64,000 nt of DNA, from the NCBI RefSeq assembly GCF_009914755.1, contig NC_060927.1, one strand, 5' to 3'. The DNA comes from the human T2T-CHM13v2.0 reference genome, Homo sapiens. Within the stretch, counting starts at the first letter, position 1; each line of letters starts with the position of its first letter. Made by a program: the position numbers and the translations under genes. The notes beneath the pieces are model-generated. The model did not search any database. It saw only the letters and a list, made by a program, of their open reading frames with translations, and had not been told where the DNA came from. Of this stretch, positions 25,610 to 37,370 are shown piece by piece.

Positions 25610-26003
25610 TGTGATGGTTAATAATGAGTGTCAGCTTGATTAGATTGAAGGATACAAAGTATTGTTCCTGGGTGTGTCTGTGAGGGTATTGCCAAAGGAG
25701 ATTAACATATGAATCAGTGGGCTGCGAAAGACAGACCCACCCTTGATCTGGGTGGGAACAATCTAATCAGCTGCCAGCATGGCTCCAATATAAAGAGGCA
25801 GAAAAATGTGAAAAGAGAGACTGGCCTAGCGTGCCAGCCTACATCCTCTTCCCATGCTGGATGCTTCCTGCCTTCAAACATCTGACTCCAAGTTCTTCAG
25901 TTTTGGAACTCAGACTGGCTCTGCTTGCTCTTCAGCCAGCAGATGGCCTACTGTGGGACCTTGTGATCATGTGAGTTAATACTTACTACACTTCTCTTCA
26001 TAT

Positions 26004-26041
<38 letters not shown>

Positions 26042-26081
26042 TCAGTTAGTTCTGTCCCTCTAGAAAACTCTGGCTAACACA
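25610..26081 (+). mobile_element. MLT2A (HERV-L) solo LTR inserted in the L1 5'UTR
   Basis: tgtgatggttaataatgagtgtca...ttgccaaaggagattaacat...(TA)n(TG)n...ctctagaaaactctggctaacaca, flanked by tcagc/ccaga. Confidence 0.92.
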
Positions 26082-27054
26082 CCAGAAATATCCCAGAAGT
26101 TAAATTTGAGGCTGAAACAATCCCTACAGCCAAAGAGAAGTGAAAATCTCTGAGCAGGCAGTAAGAAAGTAAGACTTTTTAATGCATCAAGTCCCACCAA
26201 CAATATACCAGGCACCACATGTGGAAAACTTCCATCAGACTCATGGTGTCCACATTGGAAAAAATAACATAAAGCCAGACACTCAGCTTTCCCAGCATGT
26301 TGTGTTTTCTTGCCGGAAAATCATTCCTGTCTCAACCCATGGGAAGCATAGCATCACAAGTGCCTGTAGGGAGAAAAAGTACTGGGAGGCAGAGTGAGAG
26401 ACAAAGGGAGGTGAACTAGCAATCCCAGCCTGCAAAGCTCTGCTGTTTATCTCAGCCAAAGAAGATGCCAAATCTGAGTGGCTATTTATCAGCACCACAT
26501 TGTAGAAGGCATGCTCCATGAATCTTCTGAACACAAACTTTTAGCCAGGTTTTCCATACAGTTTGGGTATCCCTTTTGGGACCTGTCACATCCAATATAA
26601 GCAATGCTCCAAACCTATGCAAAAGCTGAGACAAATCCCATCTCAATGCACCAGAATGAAGGCAGCAATCTAGAATAAAGTGTACTCAACAGGCACATTA
26701 CAAAGAACCACTATGCAAACATACCCTAGAAAGACCAAAACAAGACAAGTCAGCGAAGACTGGAATAATCTTTAAATGCAAAACCATACCTGCATGCTCA
26801 CCAGAAACAACAGCAAGCAGGAAAACATAATCTTGCCAAAGGGACAAAGCAAGGAGCCAATGACTGGCCCTAATGAGATGAGGAAGTTTAAATTCGAAAA
26901 AAATTGCAAACAGCAGTTCTAAGGAAACTCACTGAAGTTCAAGATAATACAAAAAGAAATACAGAAGCTTATCAAAAAATGTATAAGAGATTGAAATAAT
27001 TTTTAAAAAGAATTTTTAAATTCTTAAAATTTTAAAAATTCTGGAACTGAGAAA

Positions 27055-27200
27055 TTTTTTTTCAATTTTCAAAATTTTTATTTTATTGTGGTAAGCGCTA
27101 CATACCATAAAATTTACCATTTTAACCATTTTAAATTGTCATTATGTTCAGTGGCATAAGCACGTTCACATTTTGTGCAACCATCACCACCGTCCATTTC
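27055..27200 (-). mobile_element. L1MB(3-like) extreme 3' end fragment
   Basis: The minus strand reads gaaatggacggtggtgatggttgcaca...gccactgaac...aaaatggttaaaatggtaaattttatg...accacaataaaa, then an A-rich tail. Confidence 0.8.
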
Positions 27201-27255
27201 TGTAGCCAGGCATCTTGACTTCAAAATGCATTTTAAAACTTTGATTGCCTTTCTG

Positions 27256-27976
27256 TTTTTTTTTTTTAATTATACTTTAAGTTCTAGGGTACATGTGCAC
27301 AAAGTGCAGGTTTGTTACATATGTATACATGTGCCATGTTGGTGTGCTGCACCCATTAACTTGTCATTTACATTAGGTATATCTCCTAATGCTATCCCTC
27401 CCCCTTCCCCCACCCCACAAAAGGCCCCAGTGTGTGATGTTCCCCTTTCTGTGTCCAAGTGTTCTCATTGTTCAATTCCCACCCATGAGTGAAAACATGA
27501 AGTGTTTTTTTTTTTTTGTTCTTGTGATAGTTTGCTGAGCATGATGGTTTCCAGCTTCATCCATGTCCCTACAAAGGACATGAACTCATCCTTTTTTATG
27601 GCTGCATAGTATTCCATGGTGTATATGTGCCACATTTTCTTAATCCAGTCCATCATTGTTGGACATTTGGGTTGGTTCGAAGTCTTTGCTATTGTTAATA
27701 GTGCCACAATAAACATGCATGTGCATGTGTCTTTATAGTAGCATGATTTATAATCTTTTGGGTATATACCCAGTAATGGGATGGCTGAGTCAAATGGTAT
27801 TTCTAGTTCTAGATCCTTGAGGAATTGCCACACTGTCTTCCACAATAGTCAAACTAATTTACAGTCCCACCAACAGTGTAAAAGTGTTCCTATTTCTCCA
27901 CATCCTCTCCAGCACCTGTTATTTCCTGACTTTTTAATGATTGCCATTCAAACTGGTGTAAGATGGTATCTCATTT
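27256..27976 (-). mobile_element. 5'-truncated young L1PA (L1PA4-7-like) 3' end
   Basis: The 3'UTR begins ttatactttaagttctagggtacatgtgcac. ORF 27465..27845 is the ORF2p C-terminus ([26 protein letters not shown]...WIKKMWHIYTMEYYAAIKKDEFMSFVGTWMKLETI). Confidence 0.96.
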
Positions 27977-30900
27977 CTAAACTAAAAAGTGTATGAGATG
28001 CTCTCAAGAGCAGAATGGATCAAGCAGAACAAAAATCAGTTAGCTCAACAACACGTTATTTAAAAATACGGAGTCCAGAAAAATAAAATAAAATAAAATA
28101 AATAAAAAATATTGAGGAATACTTATAAAATCTAGAAAATAACCTCAAAAAAGTCAATCTAAGAGTCACTGGCATTTAAGAGAGAGCTGAGAAAGAGCAA
28201 GAAGTACAAAGTTTATTAAAAGAAATACTAACAAAAAAGTTTCCAAACATACAGAAAGATAGAAATATCCAAGAAAAGGAAGGTCAGAGATCACTAAGCA
28301 GATACAACCCACATAAGACTACTACTCCAAATTATACAATAATCAAGCTCTCAAAGGTCAAGGACAAAAATAGGATCCTAAAAGCAACAAAGAAAAAAGA
28401 GGAAAATAACGTTAAAGGACCTCTGATGCTTCTGGCAACAGACTTCTCAGTAGAAACCATACCAGCCAGGAGAAATATATTCAAAGTGGTAAAGAAAAGT
28501 GACTTCCAAAGGAGAATACAGTACATAAAAAAGCTATCCTTTAAACATGAGAAACAAAAATTTTCACAGACCACCCCCCCAAAAAAAATAAAATTCTGAG
28601 GAAACTTATTACCACTAGACTAGACCCATCTTACAAGAAATGCTAAAGAGATTTCTTCAATCTGAAAAACAACAACAACAACAACAACAAAAACTAACAT
28701 GCAAAAAAAAAAAAATGTACTAGTAAAAGTTAGGACACAGACAACTTCAGAATAATCTATAACATTAAATGTGATATGTAACCCACTAACATATCTAATA
28801 TGAAGACTAAAAGACAAATAAAAACAATAATAAATATATCAACTTGTTAAGAGATAGGCAATATAAAAAATATAAAAAATGTAAATTAAGACAACAAAAC
28901 ATCAAAATGTGTGCTTTTAGTAAGACTCATAGTTACAACAAAGCTAAAACCTACAACAGATACACAAAAAATAAAAGCAATAATTTAAAACATACCATCA
29001 GAAAAAATCACTTAACCACAAAGGAATACAGTAAGAAAAAAACAAAAAAGATGAGTTATAAAACAAACAGAAAACAAGCAACAAAATGAGAGTAGTATGT
29101 TTTTACATGTCAATAATAACATTAAATGGAAATGGTCTAAATTCTCCAATTAGAAGAGAGACATTTAAAAAACAATGACACAATTATATGCTGCCTGCAA
29201 TGAACTCACTTCACTTATACAGATATACATAGACTAAAACTTAAGAGGTAGAAAAAGATATTCCATGAAAATGCACCCATATATTCAAAACAAACATTAA
29301 TAGATCTAAAGGGAGAGATACACTGCAATGAAATAATGATAGGGAATTTCAACACCCCACTTTCAGTAATAGGAAGCTCATCTAGATAGAAATTCAGCAA
29401 TAAATATTGTAGTTAAGCCATACTCTACACCAAATGGATGTAACTAAGATTTATAGAACATTTAATTAAACTGCTACAGAATACAAATACTTTCCATAAG
29501 CACATGAAACATTCTTCAGGATAGACTGTAAGACCACAAAACAAATTTTAATTAATTCAAAAAACTCAAAATCATATTAAGTATTTTATCTAACAACAAT
29601 GGGATGCAATTAACAATCAATAGTAAGAAACTTTGGAAACTACACAAACACATGCAAATTAAACAACATGGACCCGAATAATGAATGGGTCAATTAAGAA
29701 ATTAAGAGAGAAACTTAAAAATTTCTTGATAGAAATGAAAATGGAAATACAACATACCAAAAATCTATGGGATACAACAAAAGGAATACTAACAGGGAAA
29801 TTTATAGCAATAAATGCCTACATCATAAAAGTAGAAAATGTTCAAATAAACAACTTAATGGTGCACCTCAAGAAACTATAAAAGCAAGAACAAAACAATG
29901 CTAAAATTAATCGAAGGAAATAAATAATAAAGATCAGACTAAACATATAGAAAATCAAGACTAAAAATATTAAAAGATCAATAAAACAAAATTTATTGTT
30001 TGAAAGATAAACACAATCAAGAAACTTTTGGGTAAACTAAGAATAAAAGAGAAGACACAAATTAATAAAATCAGAAAGGTAAAAAGAGACATAGCAACTG
30101 ATACCCCAGATATTAAAAGAAAATAAAATCACAGATACTATTATAAATAAATATATTCAACAAATTGTGAAATCTTGAAGAAATGGATAAAGCTTTAGAC
30201 ACATGAAACATACCAAGATAAAACCATGGAGAAATAGAAAACCCAAACAGAACAATGAGTAACAAAATAGAAGCAGTAATAAAAGTTTCCTAACAACAAC
30301 ATGAAGAAACCCAGGACCTGATGGCTTCAGTGCTGAATTCTATCAAACATTTAAAAAGAACTAATACCAATTCTACTCAAACTCTTCAAAAACATTAAAA
30401 GACCATTTAACATGATTCACCGCAAGGAAGCTATGATGGTTTAACATATGCAAATCAATAAATGTAATATATCACATTAACAGAACCAAGGGACCAAACT
30501 ATATGATTTCAATAGATGCCGTAAAAGCATTTAATGGAAATAAACATTTCTTCAGGATTAAAACGGCTGTAGTATAGAAGGAACATACCTCAAAATGATA
30601 AAGGCAATATATCTGCAGCTACCATCTTACTGAATGGAGAAAAATTTAAAGCATTTCCTCTTATATCTTAGAAAAAGAAAAATGAAATGAATGCCCACTT
30701 TCACCACTTTTATTCAACATAATCTTGGAAGTCCTGGCCAGGACACTTAGGCAAGTGAAAGAAATAAAGGGCACTCAAATTGTAAAGAAAAAATTAAGAT
30801 TATTCTTTTTTACTCATAACGCCATAGTATATTTGGAAAAACCTAGACTCCACCAAAAATCTCTTAGAACTGATAAATGAATTCAGTAAATTTTACTATA

Positions 30901-31083
30901 CAAAGTCAACATACAAAAGCTAGTAGCATTTATATATGCTATCTGTGAACAATCTGAAAATAATTTAAAACACAATCACATTTACAATATCTAAAAAAAT
31001 ATAAACTATCTATGAATACATTTAACCAAATAAGCAAAATATTTCTACAAGGAAACTATAACACACTGATAAGATAAATTGAA

Positions 31084-31110
31084 ACACACACACACACACA
31101 CACACACACA
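31084..31110. repeat. (CA)n microsatellite within L1 ORF2
   Basis: Directly visible in the sequence. Confidence 0.95.
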
Positions 31111-32354
31111 AAGATAGCCCATGCTAATGTATTGGAAAGTTAATATTATTAAAGTCTCTATTGTATCCAAAGCAATCTACAGAGTCAATAAAATCACTAT
31201 CAAAATACCAGTGACTTTTTTTATAGAAATAGAAAAAACAATCAAAAAATTTGTATAGAACCTTAAAGGAATCCAAATGGCCAAGGTAATAATGTACAAA
31301 AAGAACAAAGCTTGAGGTATTCCATTACCTGACTTCAAAATATGTTACAAAGCCATACCAGCCAAAACAGCATGGTACCTGCATAAAAACAGACACATAG
31401 ACCAATGGAACAAAATGGAAACTCCAGAAATAAATCTATCTATGTATATATATATATATATTAAACTCATTTTCAACAAAAGCATCAAAAACATACTGGT
31501 TGAAAGGACAGTTTCATCAATAAATGGTGCTGGGGAAACCAGATATTAATTTTCAGAAGAATGAAGCTAGACCATATTTCTTACCTTACACAAAAATCAA
31601 ATCAAAATGGATTACAGGCTTAAATATTGGACCTGCAACTATGAAACTACTGGAAGAAAATATTGGGAAAATGCTTCAGGATATTGGGGTGGGCAAATAT
31701 TTTTGGGGTAAATTACATGCAACAAATGTAGAAATAGACAAATATGATTAAGTTTAAAAGTTTCTGCATAGCCAAAAAAAAAAATCTGCAAAATGAGGAG
31801 TCAACCTATATAATGAGCACAAATACTTATAGACTATTCATCAAATAAGAGATTAATACCCGAAGTATACAAAGATCTCAAACAACACATAGCAAAAAAA
31901 AAATATAAATCCAATTAAAATGGGCAAAATATCTAGGCACTTCTCAAAAGAAGACATACGAATGACCAGAGCATGCAAGGAAAAATGTTCACCACTAACA
32001 TCAGGGAAATAGAAATAAAAACTACAGTGAATATCACCTTACCTCAGTTAGAATGGCTATTACACAACAAACAAACAAAACAACAACAACAAAAAACATA
32101 ATAGATGCTGCAGAGGATGGGAAGAAAGTAGAACTCTTGTATACTACCAATAGAAATGTAAACTAGTACAGCCACTTTGGAAAACAGTATAAAGGTCCCC
32201 CCAAAAAACTAAAAATAGAACTATGATGTTGTCTAGCAATCCCACTGCTGAGTATATAACCAAAAAAAAGAAATCAGTATATCAATGGGATGTTTGCACT
32301 CCCATATTGTTGCAATATCCAAAATAGCCATGCTATGGAATCAACCTAAGTGTC

Positions 32355-32833
32355 TGCCAAGTCTGTCCCACAGACTCTAGCCGAGCAATGGATGTAAGAA
32401 GTACACTGGCACAGGTATTTTGCCCGACAGCGTGGCTAGGGGCCCACAATGTCTTCGAACTGCCAGCAAGAGTGCCACCCCCATAACCCAGCCCTGCTCA
32501 CATTTATTTAGTACAGATTTAATTACAAAGGCTTGAAGCAAACACAATTTGTGGGTAATAAACATTGTCGACCCCCCAAATAAAGAGCTCACAGGAATGA
32601 TCAAAAGTTGGTTTCTGGAGACAGGAGTAAACAAATTTATCTAGACAAATTCCTTTACATTCCCTTGTTATCTGCCCTTTGCTTTTAGCCTCCAGATAAG
32701 AGAATTTGGCTGCCTTCAGCCATAATTCTCTCCCGAAGCTTTTGCCAAACCTCCTGGCCTTCCAGTAAGGTTTGCACCTTTCCCTATAACTTTTTCTTAT
32801 AACGTTTCCCACCACCCTGACCAATGTCCTACA
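32355..32833 (-). mobile_element. LTR22-type 3' LTR of HERV-K(HML-5)
   Basis: The minus strand begins tgtaggacattggtcagggtggtgggaaacgttataagaaaaagttataggg and ends ...cttggca. It is preceded by the polypurine tract aaaagggggaga (32834-32845). Confidence 0.88.
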
Positions 32834-32845
32834 TCTCCCCCTTTT

Positions 32846-34736
32846 CTGTTTTTTGCATCAGGTTTTATTGATTGAAGAGTACAGATGTGTGCAGCAACAG
32901 GTTTGTCAGGTGCTGCTGTTATAACTCGTGTTCTGGCTCTGTATCCTGGAATTATTAAATAACACAAGACAAACATGAGTATAATCAGTAACACTCTTTT
33001 CCAATCAAGGAGTGACCCCCAGGAGTAGGGGTCTATCCAGGAGAGACGTCCTCCCACATTCTTCCATATGGCTATTTGTTGGGCATTAGATCTATGGCAT
33101 TTAGGGATTCTAGAATTTTAAGTTGCTTTAAGTCTGTGGTTAAATTACCATGTAAGATTCCCCAAAGGTATTGTTTCACCTCATCCCTACTATGTATTGA
33201 TTGATTCCAAGGTAGAGAAGTGACACAGATATGCTTATGCTCCTGGTCACAGTTTAATTGCTGTTGGAATATCAGTGCATCTTGCTGCTCCCCTACATAT
33301 TCTAAGGCAGCCTCAAGGGCTTACAAATGTGCAATAATTTTTTTATCTATACCCTGCTGTAAGAGAAGTTCATTAGACACATCTCTGGCCAAGTTGTCTA
33401 CAAAGGTAGCTGTTCGTACTGATTCAGTAATAGAGGCCACAGCAACACTAGCCGTTGCTATGATGACTATAGCTGAGACTATAAAGGCTATAAGTGTGCC
33501 TATGCATCTTTTGTGTCTGACCTGGGACAGGCACGTTCTAAGGTGGCAAGAGCAGAAGAGCCTTGCCAATCGCATGTCAAATTGACTGGAAGGAATGTCT
33601 CAGATTGTCTCCTTAATTCCATGGCACTAGTAACACTTAAATTACATATATTGTAATTAGGGATACATGAGGCAAACCAAGCCTGTTGCACTCAGGTCAT
33701 AAATATGGAGTTGTGGGGTGTAATAGAAATATTCGTTCCCATAAGGAAGACATAAGGATGGGTAGTGCAAATCAGGCACTGACCTATGTGATTATGAAAA
33801 ACAGTCATAGTATAGTTGCTACTGGCTGGAATTATGATATGTCCCATGCGAGGTGTTAAGGGAGGTGCTAAGATGTCCTAGGCGCCATAAAGTGTCTTGG
33901 GGTGGCATGGACTCTACGTGGGGTCTGGGATATCCCATTCACAAATCACAGGGGAATGGGATGTGGCTATTAGACTGATTGATGCCACGATGGATGCAGA
34001 CATGAGTATGGCCGCCCTGCAAATGGCAGTGGGGGCTACAGTCTAAGATGTTATAATTGCCTGACTAGAGGCTATGGGCTCGTCCCCCATGACAGACCTT
34101 CCAGCCAAAGTGGAACCCATTACTTTCCTGGCTATGCTCTTTAGCACAGGAGGGAATGTTTGAGAAAGTGGCATTGGTTGTGTTGACCAGTTTGAAGCTA
34201 CCTGCAAACAAGAATTTTAAGGGATTTCCTTTTCAATGATGTAGCCACAACTGTGTTTGGGCAGGTACACATAAGGGTTAGAACTTTTATAACTTACACA
34301 CAGTGGGAGGATGGTAGAGTGATATATAGTGTTACCTGGTACCTTAGTCCAATGTGTGCCATTAATGAGGGACCCCACTGGGGGTAAGTCAATCTCTCCT
34401 AGCCAAGCAGTTACATTGTTATAGGCTGGGAAGGGGGTGTCTGATCAAGTAACAGGGCAGAGGAAAGGCAGATCTAACAGATGAGCCCAATAGAGTGTAG
34501 CAGGTACGTGTTGCAGGCAAGAACAGAGCATAAAAATGATCAATACCCTATGTGAGATGCAATGTACAACAGAGAGCATAGCAAGGAACAAAATATCTGG
34601 AGTGAATGGTGTCTGTCCGGAGCAGAATTCTCTCAGTCTCCTGAGTTGTGTTCTTCAGCATCACCCAGGTAATGTCTGAGGCTTGTGTTGTCTCAAAAAG
34701 CTGCATTGTCCAGGGCTGCAGGTCTTGCAGGGTCAT
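32846..34736 (-). pseudogene. env: Betaretroviral env remnant (HERV-K HML-5)
   Basis: Leader ITWVMLKNTTQE (ORF 34548..34736). Furin site RHKR plus fusion peptide CIGTLIAFIVSAIVIIATASVAV (ORF 33321..33575). Membrane anchor VLLIILMFVLCYLII (ORF 32797..33057). Many stops and frameshifts. Confidence 0.88.
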
Positions 34737-34759
34737 TTCCTATATTTCTAGTACCAGGT

Positions 34760-37071
34760 TGGATCCTGGTCATGCCATGGTATGGTTTGATTCATCATGC
34801 TAGAATCCAGAAAAGACCTGAGGGGGTGTGAACACAAGCATATCCTCTTCCCCATGTTAGCAATTCATTTAGACCACATCAAACAATATTATTTACATCT
34901 TTTCATAAAACTGTGGGTTTTATGTCTTGAAAGGTTTTAGCAAAGTACTTTTCTATAGCTGATTGAAATTTATCATTTAAATTTAAGAAATTAAGGGTAA
35001 ACAAGGCTTGCGCTAGTAGTGTTGCAGGGTCCTTAATCATATTCCCCCTTTTTTGTTTCCTGAGCATATTTTTAAGAATGGAATGGACATGCTCTATTAT
35101 GGCCTGTCCTTGGGGGTTATCTGGGATGCCTGTGGAATGTTAGATGTTCCACATGTGACAAAATTGTTGAAATCATGAGCTAGCATAAGCCAGACCATTA
35201 TAAGTTTTAATTTTTGTGGGCTGCCCCATAAACATAAAAGAGAAGATGTTTAATAACATATCAGGTGGACTCTCCAGAAAGAGCATGTGTGCTAATTAGG
35301 TGAGAATTGGCATCAACGGATACATGTACCTATCTTAGTTTTCCAAATTCAGGGACGTGTGTAACATCTGTTTGCCATAACTGATTAGGTTCCAGTCCTC
35401 TAGGGTTAACACCTGTTGAAGAAGGGGACATGCCTGTGAGCTGGCAATATGGGCATTGCAGGATAATTTGTTTAGCTAGTTTTTGGGTAAGTTTAAATTG
35501 TTAAATTTCTCCAATTTTGGTAGAAAAATTGATGTGATTGGGTCTCTTGGTCAAGCAGTGACGTCGTAACTTGCAGGTCTGTTTGATCATTGCCATAAGC
35601 CAATGGGCCAGGCAGTGAGCTGTGGACTCAAATATGTGTGATAAAAATAGGATTTGTACATTGATCCAGCAATTGCTGAAGTTGAAGAAAAAGTACACAC
35701 AGGGTGGGCTCGAGAGTAGACTTAATGAGGGCTGTTTCAAGATTCTGCAATAAACAGAGTAAGCATAGTCATGAACAATATTGATGGGTTGAGTGGGAAA
35801 GGTCTCCAGGGCCAATATTAAGGCTCCAACCTCAGCTCTCTGGGTGCTAGTAAATCCAGAATGAGTGAGGGAATTATGCGGTCTCTACCAAATAGCTGCT
35901 TTTCCATTTTTACCAGAGCGCTCAATAAAAAACATTAAAGCGTTAGGTATGAGAGAGTGAACTAGTTTTGTAGGCACAGCTACAGGAGTACGAGATAAGA
36001 ACTGAAGTAGTTTTTCAGCAGGAAGGCCATGCTGTATATGGCCTGCATAATCACAGGGTGCTCTCTGAAGTTCTAGAGATAGGAACAATACTGCTTCAAA
36101 TTGCTTTTTACTCAAAGGAATTCTTATGACCTCAGGGTCATAACCCAGCAACTGATTGCATCATCTGCAGCCTGTATAGATGACTTTACTAACTAGTTGT
36201 ATATAGGGAGATAGTGTTTTAGTCCTGGTATGTGAGAAAAAAACCCATTCTAGAAAGCACAGCCCTGGGGCCATCTGTCCTATTAATCCTGTTTGAGAAT
36301 GTTTAGTAGGAAAAACAAATAATTGGACCGAATATTGTGGGTCTATGCAATCTAGTTGCCTCTGAGAAATAGCTTGCTCTATTTCCTCAATTTCCCTTGT
36401 TGCTGCAGGAGTTAAACACCTGGGAGAGTCTAGGGCTGTATTGCCCTTTAAGATAGAAAACAGGTTTTGTAACTTATCAGTAGTTATGTCCAGGGTGGGG
36501 CAAAGCCAAATAATATCACCCAGTAATTTTTGATAATCATTTAAGGTGTATAAGTTGCTAGCATTTAATTTAACCTTTTGAGGTCTTATTGACCGGGAAG
36601 TTAATATGTATCCAAGATATTTCCAAGGAGAGGACAATCGTACTTTTTCAGGTACTATGATTAAACCTCCTAACTGAGCATTCTTTATGACAAAGGCATA
36701 TAAACTTAAAAGTGCTGGCTCCGTTGGGGCTGCTAGTAAAATATCATCCATAAAATGAATAATCTTGCAATTATGAAATTCTTTTCTACTGGGGAGCAAA
36801 GCCTGATTTTCATGATACTGACAGATGGTAGGACTGTTCAGCATTCCTTGAGGATGTACTTTCCAATGAAATCGGAGAGCTGACCTTTCATTATTGATAG
36901 CTGGTATTGTGAACGCAAACTTTTCTCTGTCCTGTTCTGCAAGGGGAATAGTACAAAAGCAGTCTCAAGTCAATAATGACTATAGGCCAATCTTAAGGAG
37001 TTGCCATGAGGGGAAGGGAGCCCCTGTTGAAGGGGCCCCATAAGTTGCAAATTAACACTGATAGCCTGTAA
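34760..37071 (-). pseudogene. pol: Betaretroviral pol remnant (5'-truncated RT, RNase H, integrase)
   Basis: RT: DWPIVIIDL..CFCTIPL..DREKFAFTIP, PQGMLNSPTICQ, IIHFMDDILLA, PWKYLG, TLNDYQKLLGDI. Integrase: CPYC, WQTDVTHVPEFG, TGIPDNPQGQAIIE. Confidence 0.93.
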
Positions 37072-37309
37072 TTTCCCGTGATTGTTGGGAGAAACAGCTG
37101 AAAGTATCTGGCATAAAGTGAAGGTTCATCTGCACATATCTTCCTCTTTTCAAGTGTAAGTGGAGCATCACTGTGTTCAAATAATAGGAAAATAATAGCA
37201 TTCCTCAAAACTATGTTCTCATTACTAGATACTTTTTTCTCTTCATAGCTGAAAAGAATTAGGGTCATCAGTGTCTTACAGAGAAAAAGAGTTTTCTTCT
37301 TCTCTCCAT

Positions 37310-37370
37310 ATTCTTCCTCCTCTACTTCCTGCTCCTCCTCCTCCTCCTGCTCCTCTACTTCTTCCTTTTC
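37310..37370. repeat. (CCT/CTT)n imperfect trinucleotide repeat
   Basis: tcttcctcctctacttcctgctcctcctcctcctcctgctcctctacttcttcc. Confidence 0.9.

Larger units (their letters stand above)
25515..32354 (+). mobile_element. Near full-length L1MA-like LINE-1 (L1MA1-4 type), interrupted twice and cut at its 3' end by an ERV
   Basis: 5'UTR from gatgtcacaaaaatggcaga; ORF1 remnants at ~26.8-28.66 kb; a long inter-ORF region; ORF2 from ATG 29086 (..SIITLNGNGLNSPI). The 3' part aagaaatcagtatatc...tgcactcccat...atcaacctaagtgtc is L1MA-type. Confidence 0.85.

Noticed and set aside
27039-27990. ttctggaactgagaaat / ttctaaactaaaaagt as the TSD of the composite insert
   Set aside because: Only about 12/17 match, too diverged for a young L1PA. 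The similarity is better explained by heptad repeats in the ORF1 coiled coil.
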